Of a stretch of 64,000 bases of DNA, positions 29,533 to 43,237 are shown in pieces. The DNA is taken from positions 76,198,001 through 76,262,000 of the forward strand of contig NC_043007.1 in the NCBI RefSeq assembly GCF_006345805.1, read 5' to 3'. Under the pieces are notes generated by a model. The model did no database searches. It was not told where the DNA came from and worked only from the letters and a program-made list of their open reading frames with translations. The translations under genes were made by a program, and so were the position numbers. Origin of the DNA: Octopus sinensis (taxonomy: Eukaryota). The first letter of the stretch is position 1; each line of letters opens with the position of its first letter.

Positions 29533-30974
29533 AGATAGGGGTTGAAAATTCAACCCACCATGGGATAATATATATCCAGTATAGTATATTGCATAGTATA
29601 TATGTATATCTTGGTTAGATACCTAGCTCTAGATAATGTAATGATATTGTATAATATGTAATATATGAGAGCATTTTATGAGTTTGGTGTGTTTAGGTTG
29701 AGAATATAGGTTTTTTGTATGTGTTTATTTGGAAGGTTTTTATTGTATATTTGGTCTTTCTTTGTACTCACCTTAATTTGTATCTTATGCTATTTACTAA
29801 TAAACCTTTTTCATTTTTTTCATTTTTTCATTTACATACATTTGGCTTTATAAATATTACCAGCCTTATATATTTAGTTTATATCTATAGTCCTCTGGAT
29901 CTGTACTTTAAATTATCCTTCCATACATATTTACTTTCAACAATATAACATATATATTCACTTTATTTATTTTTTATTTTATTGTAATGTTATCAATCTC
30001 TGCATTTAGTCTTCTAATTATTTATTTATTTGCCTATTTAAGTGTAGATGTTTACATACATATCAAGTCATCTAATTTGTTATCTATTTATTTTTTACTT
30101 ATTTACTTATACTAGGGTAGTTTTATACATACATATCTATCATTTATTTTTATTTAATTTTAATAATATATTAATACATATATACTGGTTTGTACTTATA
30201 ATATGTGTATAACCGTATTTATTCCTTCGTATTTATTCCTTCTTATTTATTTTATCACATTTTATCTTAAGTATTTATAATATAAATTTTTTAAAAATTT
30301 CTGTGATGTTCTCATAAGCGTTTACATTAGTACTTCCCCTTCTATTTTTTAATGCCTAATCTGGTATATTATGGCATTAAATTTATTAAGTAAATAAGTG
30401 ATTTATTTATAATATATAAATTAATATATATTTTATATTTTATAATTTAGCGTTCTTGGAATCATAACAAACTTACGATAAATCTAACAACCGTATGTTT
30501 ACTATGCAACAAACCGGTGTTATAAATTTTAAGTTACCCATGAAATAATTTTCTGACTTAGTAACATACTGATATTTAAAAATATATTTATATCTAAATT
30601 AAATATTTTATGAAATGCATGGGTGGTTCTTTTTCGTTATTTGAGGCACAGTTATAATTTTGAAGGACTAAATGGTAGCATAGTTGCTTCCCTTTTTGTT
30701 TATCTATGTGCTAGTTGTTGCTTGTGATTATGTATGTGTATAAGTGTATGTATATACATATAACTATGTGTGTATGTGCGATTGATCTGTAGATGCGTGT
30801 GTGAATATTGGCGTTCCTTGACTAACCAACCGTATAATTTTCTTTTGTGATTTAAATTTCAAACCAATAGCCAATCGAATTAATCTAAATTTTCTTTACC
30901 TAGTGGTCAGCATTTCTAAACTCATAGTTATTTCGATCTTGAAAGGATGGACTTGGTGCAAACTTAACTGTATC

Positions 30975-31038
<64 letters not shown>

Positions 31039-31660
31039 ATTAATAGTAATTTTTATTAACTTTTATAGCTTTAGAATTTTATGAACTGAACCAAGGTTTT
31101 AATTATTATTTTTCATCTCCCTATGTGTTAGCCAAATATGTATAATATCGGTACTTATTAATATTAATATATACACTGATATATATTTTGTTTTATTTTG
31201 TTCTGTTTACCTTCCTTTATTGTACCAATGAGTATTATATTATATAAGTGTAGCATTATGATGTATAAGTTTTTATATTTTACATTTTTATATTTTTATA
31301 TTTATATGTATATGGTTATATAATATTTTTCACAATTATAACAAATTTAATTTAATTCTCTGAAGAGGCCGTGGGGCATCCTTGTTAATGCCTCATTTAT
31401 ACCTGCCTTTATGGCTTATAGGTTAAATGAGGTATGACTGCCCTCACTGCCGAAACAGCTGTCAGTTTTGATTTAATTGCATATTATATTTGAAATTTTT
31501 TACTTATATCTCTTTATCTTTTTACTATTACTGTATATCTCATTTTGTATAATGCCTTTACTCATATGTAATGGTGTATTAAAGTATTGATTGGGTATCA
31601 TCGGATAGTTGATGTTTTATTGATTTAAGTATGTTTCTCCATTCTCTAATTTTGTAATAT
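29530..31660. mobile_element. Highly decayed AT-rich Penelope-like element carrying a hammerhead
   Basis: Bounded by (TA)n and contains the hammerhead at 31353-31470. Coding remnants are barely readable. Confidence 0.45.
31353..31470 (+). ncRNA. Type I hammerhead ribozyme with long stem II
   Basis: CUGAAGA at 31360-31366. Stem II pairs ggc.gtggggca/tgccctcac.gcc and atgcctcattta/taaatgaggtat. GAAAC-AGCU-GUC at 31452-31463. Stem I is weak. Confidence 0.85.
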
Positions 31661-32321
31661 ATATATATATATATCACTCCCAGCGTAAAAAATTTCTTTC
31701 TTTCGCACGCCGCCTCTGCTACTGAAAAGTCTTGCTTTCCACACGCTGCCACACAACATCTTTCGTCTAGCCAAAAAAAGGCCTTTTTCGTCTGTTTGGT
31801 TTTTTTCTCATTGTCCTCTTGTTGTTTGATTTCCCGTATTGTATTCCCTTTTTATTTCTCATCGTGTATTTTTCTGTACATGTATTTTTATCTTGTATTT
31901 TACTGTGCAGTTTTATTGTTACATCCTGTTTGTGTTCTTACCCGTTTTACCCCGCTGCTTGGAATTTTATTTTAATTCTCTCGCAGGAAGGACTAGTTAA
32001 CGAGTGTCCTGTCTTGCCTGAGTTATCTACCGACAGCTGATGACGGTGGATTTTTCCTTGTGTAGCATGTCTTGTACTTGTTTTTCTTGTAAAAAATTTG
32101 GATTTTTCCTTGTGTAGCCTGTCCTGTACTTGTAAAATTTCTGTTTTTCCCGTTTCTACGTCTTGTTGTGGCGTCCTGTACTTACGTATATTTATTTATA
32201 TATGCACGTATATATACATGTAGATATAGGTACGTACATATATGTTTGTATGTATGCATATATTTTTATTTATCACACATATATATATGTAAAATAATAT
32301 GTGACAATTCATCGGTAGCCA

Positions 32322-32384
32322 AGATAAAACTCTGAGTTTCGGATGCCGAGGTGGAAATCCACAACACTATCTCTTCGGGTATCT
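32322..32384 (-). ncRNA. Degenerate hammerhead motif
   Basis: Minus strand: agatac CCGAAGA gat..gtgga tt tccac..atcc GAAA ctc a gag UU ttatct. Confidence 0.55.
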
Positions 32385-33090
32385 GGACATCTGAAAAACG
32401 CTATGAAAAAAGACCGTTATACAAAGGGAAATTACTGTGTTATAGTCCGCTACTTCTATAATAGCGCTAATTCAATGACCGCTAATTAAAATAAGGTTAA
32501 AAGATCATAGTAAACATTTATATAGGTGTCTTTCTTCTTTTGTTATCTTTCCGTATTTACCAATATATATATATATATCTGTCATGCAGTCATAATGTTT
32601 ATTATATCTACTTGCGAGTGTATATACGTGTGTATCTCCATCTGGTTCAAAGATGAGATTTTCGATTTTCGATCAAATGAATTTTCTGCTCATTGATAAA
32701 GCGACAGAATGACTGAGCATCCCACACATGCTGATATGTTTATGTAATTCTCAGTTGCAATGAGTGTAAAATAGCATGTGAAAATGTTATATATGTGGAC
32801 TATACCTACAACCCACCTGATGGTCTACAATACAGTTTGCATCAACTTGTACTCACAAATTATGTGTCGACATACTCTAGAAAATTACATTTCTTCAAGA
32901 TGCAACGAAATAAAAAAAATCAAATCCATGCCCACATGATTCCTTTTCTGGCATCTGCCTTTCGTGTAAACAGACGTCCTTTACGACAGAAACCCAGGAT
33001 AAGCGAATTCCACGGATATATATCGTCATGCTGCACCGCTGAAATCTATAAGTTTTTTATTCATTTTCTCTTTGTTTATTTTCTTTCATT

Positions 33091-33125
33091 CTTTTCTGTT
33101 GAAGAGCGTAGGCTCGAAACACAAG
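33091..33125 (+). ncRNA. Minimal hammerhead-like motif, decayed (copy B at 60490-60526)
   Basis: Composite of both copies: ctttt ctgttga a gagc gtag gctc GAAAC GUA aaaa. Confidence 0.45.
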
Positions 33126-33949
33126 AATCATTTTAATTTTCTCGAGCGTCAAACTAATACACTTGCTTGATGTTCATACTCCTGTCGTCACCTTTTGTTT
33201 TCCTATAAATTTCAACTATGTATGAGTGTGTGTGTGTGTGGCTGTGTATGTGCCTGTGTGATTATATATATGTATATGCATTTTTCTTCTCATCTCTATA
33301 TATATGTACGAGTGTGTGTGTGCCTGTATGTGTGTCTGTGTCTGTCTGTCTGTGTCTGTGCCACTTTGCGTGTTTATGTGATATGTGGTATAGATAATAA
33401 AATACGTTAAATCTAGTCTGTATAATCAGTTTAGTGCTGTTCAGTTCCTCCTCTAAAAACATTTGGAGAAAATACAAGTTTCACACACAGGAAGTATACA
33501 TTCATAGGGCTTCTAGAGAATTCTTACAAGCGTAGGTATATAGATAAATATATATTTCTCGATATATTTTTACTTACTATTTCGTCTTTGATTTAGATTT
33601 TACATCGAAAGGGGATAATTGTTTTTGTTATGACAGTGTAAACAATCAATTAAGGAAGCAATATATAGCATACACTAAACCAAACTCTAATACAGACTTT
33701 GGTTATCAGCGAGCAGGTTTTATAACAATGGTGAAACATATTTTTAAATTGAAATGGCTTATGTTTGAGTGTGTTTGGCGTTCAGTGTTTGGTTAATCCT
33801 TTATAAAATGTCTCGAGAAATTGTAAGTCTGTAAATGAACTGGTTATAAAACTGAATTAGTGTAAAAAAATTAACAAGTGTAAAAACAAAATAAAAGCGT
33901 AGCTTGTTAGTATGATTAAGTTCAGTTTTATTGCAGCATATTTCCAAAT

Positions 33950-34810
33950 GATACTTAATGATACTTATTTGACATTAAAGTTTCTAATTAACTAATCGTG
34001 TACACGTATGTGTTTTGATAATGTAACTTAGTCTTGCCAATATATATTTTTACAATTCAGATCAAAGTTTGGCTTTGCCTTCAACTGCCACAAGTTTTTC
34101 TTTAAACATGTTTGATTGGTTATCAAATAATTTGATGTACCAATTTGCCTCATAACTGGCAAGTTTGATTTGACAACGGTAAACATTTTCTTTTCACGTG
34201 GATTAGGTCCCCCAATAAAGTGGCTTCTGTTCGTATTTTAGAGGGCGCTCCAAGTGAGTCGTCGTTCTTTTCTGATACTAATAGCGATGACATAAATTTT
34301 CCTGGCTATACACTGTGGAATGTTACGATGTGTATGTACTAAACTGAATGATTTAAATTCCTTGCACCTATGTGTATCTGACTTTATAATATATATATAT
34401 GATGTTGGTATTTTTTTAGAATTGCAGTTATTTCAGGAAACCGCAATTTTGTTATGTTCGTTTCCTATGCAAACTTCAGAGTTTGGTGAAAATTGTTCAG
34501 AAGAATACTCAAGTCTGCTAAAGTGTCTCTAAATGTTATTTAATAAGGAAACAGTCATCAAACAAGCATTAGCGTGCCTCTTGTATATTTTCAAACTTCA
34601 GTACAACTGATTCCTTGTAATTATTTCGTGTAGTATTTATTCCAAGTGTTCATTGGTGTCTTTGCATACATTGCAGCAAATTTGATTAGCATGTCTGCAT
34701 CTCACATTTGAAGATAGTTTTTCGCATTAGTTTCAAGACAAGGCTAAGAGCATCTGCTATGACAGTCCATTGTAAATCTTCTGAGAATTACCAGATAAAT
34801 AAGTGTGAAA
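33950..34810 (-). mobile_element. Strongly decayed Penelope-like RT/thumb remnant (copy B at ~61380-62290)
   Basis: Fragments LLNNFHQTLKF and NIPQCVARKIYVI resemble the Penelope RT end and thumb. Confidence 0.55.
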
Positions 34811-34825
34811 GATCGAAGATATAGT

Positions 34826-36781
34826 TCAAGGTGAAGAAAAGCAGGCGTGTGTTCCGCAGAATATATAAAGTGGATGGAAAATGGTTTCAGGCAAATGGCG
34901 AGAACATTCCTTGGGTTTCAAAATAGGGAATAATAGATCCAGGATAGTAATACGAGTGTAACGTGACTGATAGTCTTTGTAGTGTGTAAGAATTATATGT
35001 GAAAGACGAGACATTGAGATGTGGAAATGTAAGGCTCTTGTGTTGTCAATATAGTTTACAAACATGTTGTGGAGCCGCTAGTCTTATGAGATGTAGCAAT
35101 TGTAATGAATGGACAAATGCAATAAATGAAGAATAATAACTATAGGAAAAGGATGGGCATGAAAAGAATATCATTTTATATTGCACTATTTGGTCATTCA
35201 GGGTAACTACCACTGTCATTGACATCGGTGGGCGAAGAATTCAATGCAAACACGTTACATGTCGTTTTAAGAATATAGGAGTTTAGAGATCCAGCTATCA
35301 CCAAAGTGAGGACTCCTATTCGTATTGGATGCAAATGAAAGGCGGAAGAGAACCCGGTCGAAGTTAGTGCGCAGACAGAGTAAAAGTTTTGGTTGCGGAG
35401 CAGAATGTCAGAAGAAATGTGGATTTTCTAATTACAAATACAGTAATTCAGTAGGTAGAATCGGAGTGAAAGGGAAAGGAGCAACTATAAAGGTAGGAGA
35501 ACATTAATTTCAGTGTGTATGTGTACGGTGGGACGAAGTGGATCTGGAACGCAATTTGTAGAACAAAGTATTTCCGAGGTATAAAATATCGATTCAATTT
35601 GTAACTGAATTCTCATCTGTAGAGGACAGAATCTTTGCTCGAGTTGTTTTCAACAGAATATGAAACTCACTTGGGAAACCATGTTTACCGTGAATCTTTA
35701 GGGCTGGGAGAGAAACTATTGACATGATATACATATATATATATATGTTACTTGCCGCATGTAACAGAGGAAGTACGGGAGATGAAAAGTGAAATATTTA
35801 TGATTTTGATGATTTAACAAAGGGTTTTGGTTTTGACTGTCGTGATTCTTTGTGGTCAAGAGATTGGGATCCCCAACAAAATGCCCAGTGTTATAACTGG
35901 GCAATTTGTTCCATGCAACACATACAAGCTTCTGTTAAATCAGATAGTACATCGTCAGATCCTCTCGTGTAAAAGGTTTCACAAAGAACTGGTGCATTAT
36001 GGCTCTTTATGTCGGCACGAGTCCGAAATTCATTGCTGGATGGAGTGAGGAGAATGAAGCGCATTCCCTTACTGAGGAGGGAGCGCTCCGCCTCAGAGAA
36101 GGGAAGATCTGGAGGAATGGTAAGTACAGACTGAAGCGGTGAAGAGGTGGATGGATAGAAGTAGGAGGGTGGACGGGATAGAACTAAGAGAAGCGATGGG
36201 GTAGAAGTAAGAGGGTTGGAAGGGATGGTGGAAGGATGGGAGGGAAGAGATGGGGGTATGTGTGTTGGGGCTGGAAGGACGGGTGTTTGGAGGGTATCAG
36301 GGACAGAGAGGTGTAGTAGCGGAGTTGGGGTAGTGGCATCGGGTGTGATGGAATGGAGGAGTGAGTGGAGTTTATGTTGTTTGGTGTTAGCGAGAAATTG
36401 ATGAAAGAGATGATGTAAATGGATTATGCAACGTAATGTGGTGTTGGCATGGGAGGGCGACTGAGAGGAGAAGATGGAAAAAGCATGATGAAGAAGACTT
36501 TCGATGGTGCGTATTTTGGAGTGATTAGAGCGAATAGTGGCACGCATAAGGCGGTAGGATGTAGTACGGAGTATGGGTAGGATGGTTGTAGCAGAGTAGA
36601 GAGTGGGGTTAAAATGGAGGCGGATACATTTAGGGATGAGGCGGTGATATAAGCAGCGACTGAGCAACGAAATGTGGGTAGAGAAACGAGTTTTTTTATG
36701 TATGTACACTTTTAAATAAAAACAAACATCACGTTCATCGTACGATGTAAAAGTCACAAATTTATTCGGAGGCTTCATCAA
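34826..36781 (-). mobile_element. Decayed Penelope-like element (copy B partial at ~62320-63500)
   Basis: ORF 35891-36781 has HISLLSRCLYHRLIPKCIRL and IPPDLPFSEAERSLLSKGMRF, followed by degenerate RT, thumb and endonuclease pieces. Confidence 0.75.
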
Positions 36782-37686
36782 CTCTACTTTTAGTAATTGT
36801 TTCTATTCTATGAACTGCAAAGAGTTACGAAATATTTTAGTGTTAGTTATTTTCTCTGAGCATAGTAGGAGGAGGACAGGCAGTTTTAAACAAAGGTTCA
36901 CTTAATTTCCACGCCAAAAACCTCAATATGGTTCAGTACCTCTAGTCGTTTCACTCCGGCATACCCTATATTCTTGTAGCTGTGGCTATAATTACCATTA
37001 AAAGAAACCTAAATTGTACGGGAAAAGCTACAATTAATTTCCTTAAAATCAAAACTTTTATGAATATAATAAGAAAAGCATCATAAATTTGAAACATATT
37101 GCTTTTTATTTGAGATCTAAGCCCATAACAAACGAGACCTCCATACCAGCAAGTTTGAGCAAAGTGGTGTAGTAGAAGCTGAAAAATAAAATCCAGTCTG
37201 ATGTGATCAGTTGGACATGCCTCGCCCCATTCTTCAAAAATTCATATAAAAATTCATTGTAAGGATTAAAATTTCTATTTATAGATTTAGGTAAAATCGA
37301 ACGTTAAGTGGGATCAAGCAGTACAAGGAATCCTGATGTCACTACATTAGGTTTGTCACTCGCAGAATGGCAATTCTTCATATGTCCCTATTCCTCTAAG
37401 AACTTCACTTTCCAAAGAAATCTACGTAAGCTGAAGTCAAAGAGATTTTACTCGCGCAGACGAAATACAATCTGAACTGTCTACTAAGTTTGGTAAGGTT
37501 CTATGAACTACACTTGCAAATGGAAGCAACACAAATTTGATAACAATGTCTATGTGTAGGTATATATGTATAATTATGAAGTTTGATTACAAGCTTCATC
37601 TTGCCCAGTTACACCACCTGCCTTCATGGACAAGTGCATACCACCGTGCACCTCGCGTTCAGTAATATGCGTGATGTGTGCTAGGA

Positions 37687-37727
<41 letters not shown>

Positions 37728-37728
<1 letters not shown>

Positions 37729-38206
37729 CTCTTATTATAAAAGGCAGATTTTATCTGCCTCCCTTTGTATCTTATAGAAATCTACAATATAGGTTTCTTC
37801 AATTACAATTTACCTAGCATTTTTAAGAGTAGAATGCATCGGGTCATGCCATGTCCAGTTTTTAAAATTTAAACTCCAATTAAGCAAAATTTACAGAAAA
37901 CTCACATTCTGGTGTGTATGTCAAATGCTTTTCTTAGTCTGGTTTACAGCACACGCAAACGCACACACACAGTGTGCGACGAATAAATTGAAAGTAATTC
38001 AGTGTGTTGACAGGTAGATAATAGAATGCGGTGACGATGGCGATGTAATATTTGTTTCTGTCTATGACGCTGATAGATACATGAGTAAAATGTATGGGAA
38101 GCTAAGACATAAGAGTGAGTGAAAATGTTCTTGGAAGAGAGTAAATAGCGAGAGAGAGTGATTTGAGGAAGACTTTACATTAAATAACCGTAGTGGCTTG
38201 TGTTAG
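37728..38206 (+). mobile_element. Probable non-autonomous Helitron (second family)
   Basis: Starts A|TCTCTTATTATAAAAGGCAGA after (TA)n. The 3' hairpin and end are poorly preserved. Confidence 0.45.
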
Positions 38207-38224
38207 TAATAAAGTAAACATACA

Positions 38225-38394
38225 CTCATACATACATACATACATACATACATACATTCCTACACACACACACATACACACACACATACATACATACACA
38301 CACACATACATACATACACACATACATACATACATACATACACATACATACATACATATACATACATACACACACACACATACACACACACACA
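38225..38394. repeat. (CATA)n/(CA)n microsatellite
   Basis: Visible directly in the sequence. Confidence 0.95.
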
Positions 38395-38659
38395 GTATTG
38401 AAGCTTGAGAACAATCAGATACATTTGCAACACATCTGTTGAAAATATTATTGTTCACACACATACATATACATATATACATACAGACAGACAGACAGAT
38501 AAACACACACACACACACACACATACATGATCCAGCATGGCCACAACCTCAAGGCTGAAACATATAAAAGAATAACAGAATATAAATGTGTGCATGTGTG
38601 TGAGAGAGAGAGTGTGTGTGTATATGTATGTATGTATGTATGTATGTATATATATATAA

Positions 38660-39250
38660 TAATGCGGTTTTTTCAACAGCTTGAACTAAAAGTCAGAGGG
38701 GAATGGGATAAACTACTTATATTAACTTGCTATAAAAGCAGGTAGTAATTTTATCTTGTCCTTATTCATAGTGCAAGTTTTGAAGAGTGCATTTCGATTT
38801 TAACAGCTATTTTTTTCAAAGCTATGTTGGAAGTAACAAAGGAGCATATTTGGCATATTTTGCTTTATGAGTTCAATAAAGATAACAACGCAACGGAAAG
38901 TACAAGAAATATTAATGCAGTATATGGGGATTGGACAATAAGCGTAAGGCAGTGTCAATGGTGGTTCCAGAAATTCCGAGCCATAAACTACAGCCTAGAA
39001 GACGAGCTTCATCCTGAAAGATCTGTAGAACTTGACAAGGACATCCTGAAAACCCTGGTGGAACAAAATCTCATCGTAACTGTTGAGGAACTAGCAGAGA
39101 AGCTTGGATTTGTCATTCAACCATTCATTGAGACCTGTGTGCTATCGGAAAAGTCAGCAAATTGGGTCAATGGGTTCCTCACGAACTTTCCGAGTCTAAT
39201 TGCATGCAGAGAGTGAATGTATGCTTTTCTTTGCTGTCACATCTCACCAC
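38660..39250 (+). mobile_element. Mariner 5' half (HTH domain)
   Basis: ORF 38824-39216 reads HILLYEFNK..NATESTRNINAVYG...WFQKFRA..YSLEDE. Same family as 6255-6820. Confidence 0.9.
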
Positions 39251-39266
39251 TACTGCGCTATGTATA

Positions 39267-39902
39267 TCTATATATATAAAACTGTAGTTGTGTGAGTGTC
39301 TGTCCCCTTCGATTTAGATTCCTAACTACTCCCACATTTTGCGGTGCAGTTTAACCAAATTCGGGTAGCTTATAGTCGTGATTCATATCGAGCCCGTCTG
39401 AGTATTAGCGCGCGTCTACGATGAGTCTACGATTTTAAAAATAATTTAACATCATTTTTTATTCCATTTTAATGCATAATTTTTCGTGTGTCGATGGCGG
39501 CGGAGTTGGCGTCCACGCTCACACCTGCACCTGTGGGGAAGGGAGTGTAAGGAAATCAACGTCGTAATGCATTGTGAAGGAGACCAGCGTTCTTTTAGAA
39601 CAACGATTTCATGGCTTGAAGACACCAAAACAGAAATGGCTAAGAAAGCGTCTACATGAGTCTACTATTTAAAAAAAAATTTACCATGGTTTTTTTTCCA
39701 TTTTAATGCATTTTTTCGCTATTATATAAGGGAAGTAACTCTCTAAAAATGTCTACGATGAGTCAACGATTTTTTAAAAAATTTACCATCATATTTTTTC
39801 CATTTTTAATGCATTTTTGGCTATTTTTTGGCTATAACTCTCTAAAAATGTTTATATAGTTATTTCCCTTACAAACCCGAGCAACGCCGGGCGATACTGC
39901 TA

Positions 39903-39903
<1 letters not shown>
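39267..39903 (+). mobile_element. Complete non-autonomous Helitron
   Basis: 5' end A|TCTATATATATAAAA. 3' hairpin CCCG-AGC-AAC-GC-CGGG followed by CTAG|T. Internal repeats of tctacgatgagtc..tttaccatc. Confidence 0.9.
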
Positions 39904-39976
<73 letters not shown>

Positions 39977-39983
39977 TATATAT

Positions 39984-40019
<36 letters not shown>

Positions 40020-40112
40020 CATATATATACATATATATATATAATATATAATATATATATATATATGTATATATATATACATATATATACATATATATAT
40101 ATAATATATATA

Positions 40113-40189
<77 letters not shown>
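39904..40189. repeat. Long interrupted (TA)n with a 60-bp higher-order repeat
   Basis: Visible directly in the sequence. The lines at 40021 and 40081 begin identically. Confidence 0.95.
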
Positions 40190-40196
<7 letters not shown>

Positions 40197-40329
40197 ATGA
40201 GGGTGTCTAAAAGACACCAACATGCCGAAATAGCAGTCGAAACACTGACTATAGTACCACGTTAAATGTTCATATCGCACCATGAGGTAAAGCGGAGGGA
40301 CAAAACATACAAGCAAAAGTTATTGAATA

Positions 40330-40389
40330 ATTCAAGATCCAAGGATTTCTGGTTCTGCTTTAGATAAGCTTTACCGTCATCAATTGAAT
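40330..40389 (-). ncRNA. Degenerate hammerhead motif (C3 changed to U)
   Basis: Minus strand: attcaa UUGAUGA cggt..acca GAAA tcc tt gg AUC ttgaat, with a perfect 6-bp stem I. Confidence 0.6.
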
Positions 40390-40699
40390 ATATCAAGGGT
40401 ACATCAATACAGATATATATATGCACAGCAAACGATGAGGCAATTTCCGTTGCCTCATCAATTAAGCCCACTCGATATTCGCCTTTTTATGGATTTGCTT
40501 ATCTATTAGTATACATATATATTTTTTTCATCCAAATTAGTAGATGATTTAGCGATTTGTTCATGTATATGCTTAAAATTAACATGAACAGTAAGTTGCA
40601 ATGTTTCACCAAAAAAGACAATTTTAATGTCACTAAATACGACTAGGGTGTTAATAAACGCCTACATTGCTAGAAATAAGAGTTAAAATTCTCTAATGC

Positions 40700-43237
40700 T
40701 GTAGTTAGCGCACATGAATGAAAAAATATACCAACAGGAACCCGAATCGTTCGCCATTTACCGGTCCTGCATAGTCACTGTGTAACTTAGACCATGGGTT
40801 CTTCATCTCTGGCCGGGATTGATATTTTACTAGCGGGGCTTTGGCTGCGAGCACCCAACTTCAACATGTTCTCACCAAGTTTTCGATAACTCGGTCCAAA
40901 GACGGCCAGTAGACGTAACTCCTCATCACAGCCTTCATCATTTCAATTCCTGGATGTTCGTTGTGAAATTGTTGCAATACACTAGTTTGTAACCATCACT
41001 CTTTGGGCATACATCAGAATATCATCGCCAGTTGAAAAACTAATGGCTTCTGAATTTATATTCTGCTAATTTTTTTAAGTTTCCTTTATTTTCGTAATAT
41101 ACACATCGTATTACAGCTTCCATTCTTATATTCTGTACCGTGACTGGACGTTCTTGGATAACGTTCATCATAACACTTTTAATTTCATTTTCTGCCTGCA
41201 GTGCGGCTATAACAGTTTGTTCTAGTAGTTCCATATTTTTTCGAAATAATCTCGACCGATTCTTTTCGATGGGATGTATTGCATTTTGAAATAATATTTT
41301 AGTAATATTACACCTTAACGTTGCAGACGATTCACAGTATGAATCGGTAACCCTTTTTTTACACATAAATCGACAGCAAAGGTTTATGGTCTATTTGTAA
41401 TTAAAAAAACTTCTGCCACACAGAAACCCGTGAAATGTTTAACTGCAAAAATATTTGCATGGACCTCTTTTCAATTTAACAATATCTCTTCTCTGCCGCT
41501 GTTACCGACCGCGAAACGTGATCCACTGGTTTTGTACTTCCGTCTTCGTATTTATGAAGTAGAACTGCACCTAATCCGTGCTCGTAAGCATCAGGTGCTA
41601 CAATGATGTCCATTTCAGGATCATAATGTGCTAACGACAAGTCTGAGTTAAGAATTTTTAAATTTCTTCAAAAGTGTTCAGGCATTTAGTGGACCAATTC
41701 GTCTTTATTTCCTTTTTTTAAAAATAATAAGTTGTGCAATAGAGCTCTTAACTTGTGCATAACAGGAATATAGCTTTGATAATAGTTTGCCAACCCAAGA
41801 AATACTTGTAAAGTTGTAATATTTGTCGGTACAAGAATATTCCTTATTGTGTCCGCTCTCCACGCGTCAGGACGTCTCCCACTTTTATCAATTATTTGCC
41901 CTAAGTACTTAATTTATAGCAGAAAGAATTCGCATTTTTCTTCACTCAAAGTGAACCCGAAAACTTTCATTTTCTTAAACAGAATCTTCATGTGTTCCAC
42001 ATGCTGTTCACGAAAATTATTCTTGATCAAAATATCGTCCGAATATGGGATTGCACATTCACACTCAGATAACATGGTATCCATGATTTGCTGGAATATT
42101 GCTGGTGCCACTTGTAATCTAAAAGGTAATCGTATGTATCTGTACAATCGTCTGTGTGTATTATTGTCAAATACTTTGAACATTTTTGGTATACATTTAT
42201 CTGTAAATAGGCTACAGACAGAACTAATTTAGAAAAAAACTCTTCCACCATTTCACTTTGAAACAATGTCCTCTGTAGTCGGGAGTGGATGGTGGTAGGT
42301 TTTTAAGCAGTCGTCCAATTCTGTAGTGAAATCGTCATACAGCCTAATCTTATCATTTTTTTAAAATACATACCGTGACTCCTTTCTGCTGCTTCCACTC
42401 TTTTCCAGTCTGTCCAACTCTTTATTTACGGATTTAATTGCCGCGAACAGTATTTTTGTTGAATAATGAACTTCTATCACAAAATAATTTTGAAGGCACT
42501 TCCACGGTTTCTTGAAAGCCATTCTCACTCGACTTTTGGCAGAATAATGTTACAGTAACGCTCATGTTCAGTAGGAGCTTCTTTGCGTAGTAAAAACCTT
42601 AGTTTCTGCTCCTTCGACCATGACTTGAACTCGTTGTTAAAAATTTCCTCATATCTTCTATAATACGCTGGAAACGTAATACCCGACCTCGGATTCAGAA
42701 ATTGCGTTAGCCACGCCATCTGGCATAAACGAGCATACTGGATTTTCGGACTTCACCGACTGTAACTCAATTAATTGTTGTTATTGTTGATATTGCTGTT
42801 GTTGTTGTTGCAGTATTTGTTTTTGCAACCCCTGTAGTTGTTCTTCTTGTTTCTCTTGAAACTGTAATACTGCGGTTAATAGGTTTCCCATGACGCAGAA
42901 ATTGTCAAATAACCAATGTGAGTTTCGAACGATCCTCGTCGCCAGATGTTATATCCTTATGGATTAACGAATACACTGCAACAGTGTAATAACAAAATAA
43001 TCGAATCAAACGGCAGTAACCACACGGAACTTAACAACAATCTTTTAAGAACCAACAGTCCAACACGCTATATCGAACTGTAAACGTTGAACTCCAACTT
43101 TGAACTATCAACACACGGGCTGTGGGACTAGCAGGATCTACTCTCCGACACGAACAGCCTCACTTACTCATACACAACTTTTTAAATGTAGTGGCTCAGT
43201 TTATTCTCGCCAGGAGGCGTCGTACTCTAGCACAACA
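40700..43237 (-). mobile_element. Degenerate Ty3/Gypsy element, copy B (gag, RT, RNase H, start of integrase)
   Basis: RT motif LPFRLQVAPAIFQQIMDTML...PYSDDILI (41914-42183). Gag ORF 42525-42719. Integrase-like HPG and PWSKLHSDYAGPVNG at ~40740-40960. Confidence 0.93.

Noticed and set aside
37270-37430. Plus-strand exon candidate
   Set aside because: All frames contain stops and no peptide is recognisable.
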